From Scyliorhinus canicula (Eukaryota): a stretch of 64,000 nucleotides of DNA. The stretch is from the NCBI RefSeq assembly GCF_902713615.1, contig NC_052160.1, forward strand, positions 110,030,708-110,094,707. Direction: 5' to 3'. Below the pieces are notes generated by a model. It was not told where the DNA came from, did no database searches, and worked only from the letters and a program-made list of their open reading frames with translations. Position 1 is the first letter of the stretch; every line of letters starts with the position of its first letter. A program made the translations under genes and the position numbers. Positions 63,801 through 64,000 of this stretch are shown here, piece after piece.

Positions 63801-64000
63801 AGTACCAACTTACTGAAAGGCCAAACTAAAGAGAAAAATTCACACTCTCCAAATACCACCAAAGATCAAAAGTACAGTATAAGAAGTACATATATATTTA
63901 AATATCTTCTTACATCCTCAGGTGTTCATAGAGTACATTACAATAAATAGATTTGTTTTAATGTGCAGTTGCTTTTGTCATCCGCATGCACAAGGCGGCT

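Overview
Vertebrate non-coding, repeat-dense DNA. The repeat families (HE1/V-SINE-like and Deu-type SINEs, CR1 LINEs with an esterase ORF1, GC-rich Harbinger MITEs) point to a shark or other elasmobranch; this is an inference. I found no convincing host protein-coding exon, RNA gene or CRISPR array, and most ORF-track entries are spurious frames through GC-rich repeats. Main contents: (1) two near-full-length CR1 LINEs, one with 80-bp 5' monomers, plus an older CR1 split by many nested insertions; (2) an internally deleted L1-type LINE; (3) a full-length Ty3/Gypsy LTR retrotransposon (47166-52910, minus strand, GGGGA TSD) whose 5' LTR lost its TATA box and was hit by a Penelope-like element carrying minimal hammerhead ribozyme motifs; (4) several solo LTRs; (5) three decayed Harbinger elements with intron-containing Myb/SANT-like genes, two with transposase remnants; (6) many Harbinger MITEs, one expanded to 3 kb by minisatellites and an internal palindrome. 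The most notable signal is that the Gypsy element has no tRNA primer-binding site. Instead, a 13-nt PBS-position sequence is perfectly complementary to its own LTR poly(A)-signal region, suggesting self-priming. All calls were made by eye, and boundaries of old repeats are approximate.
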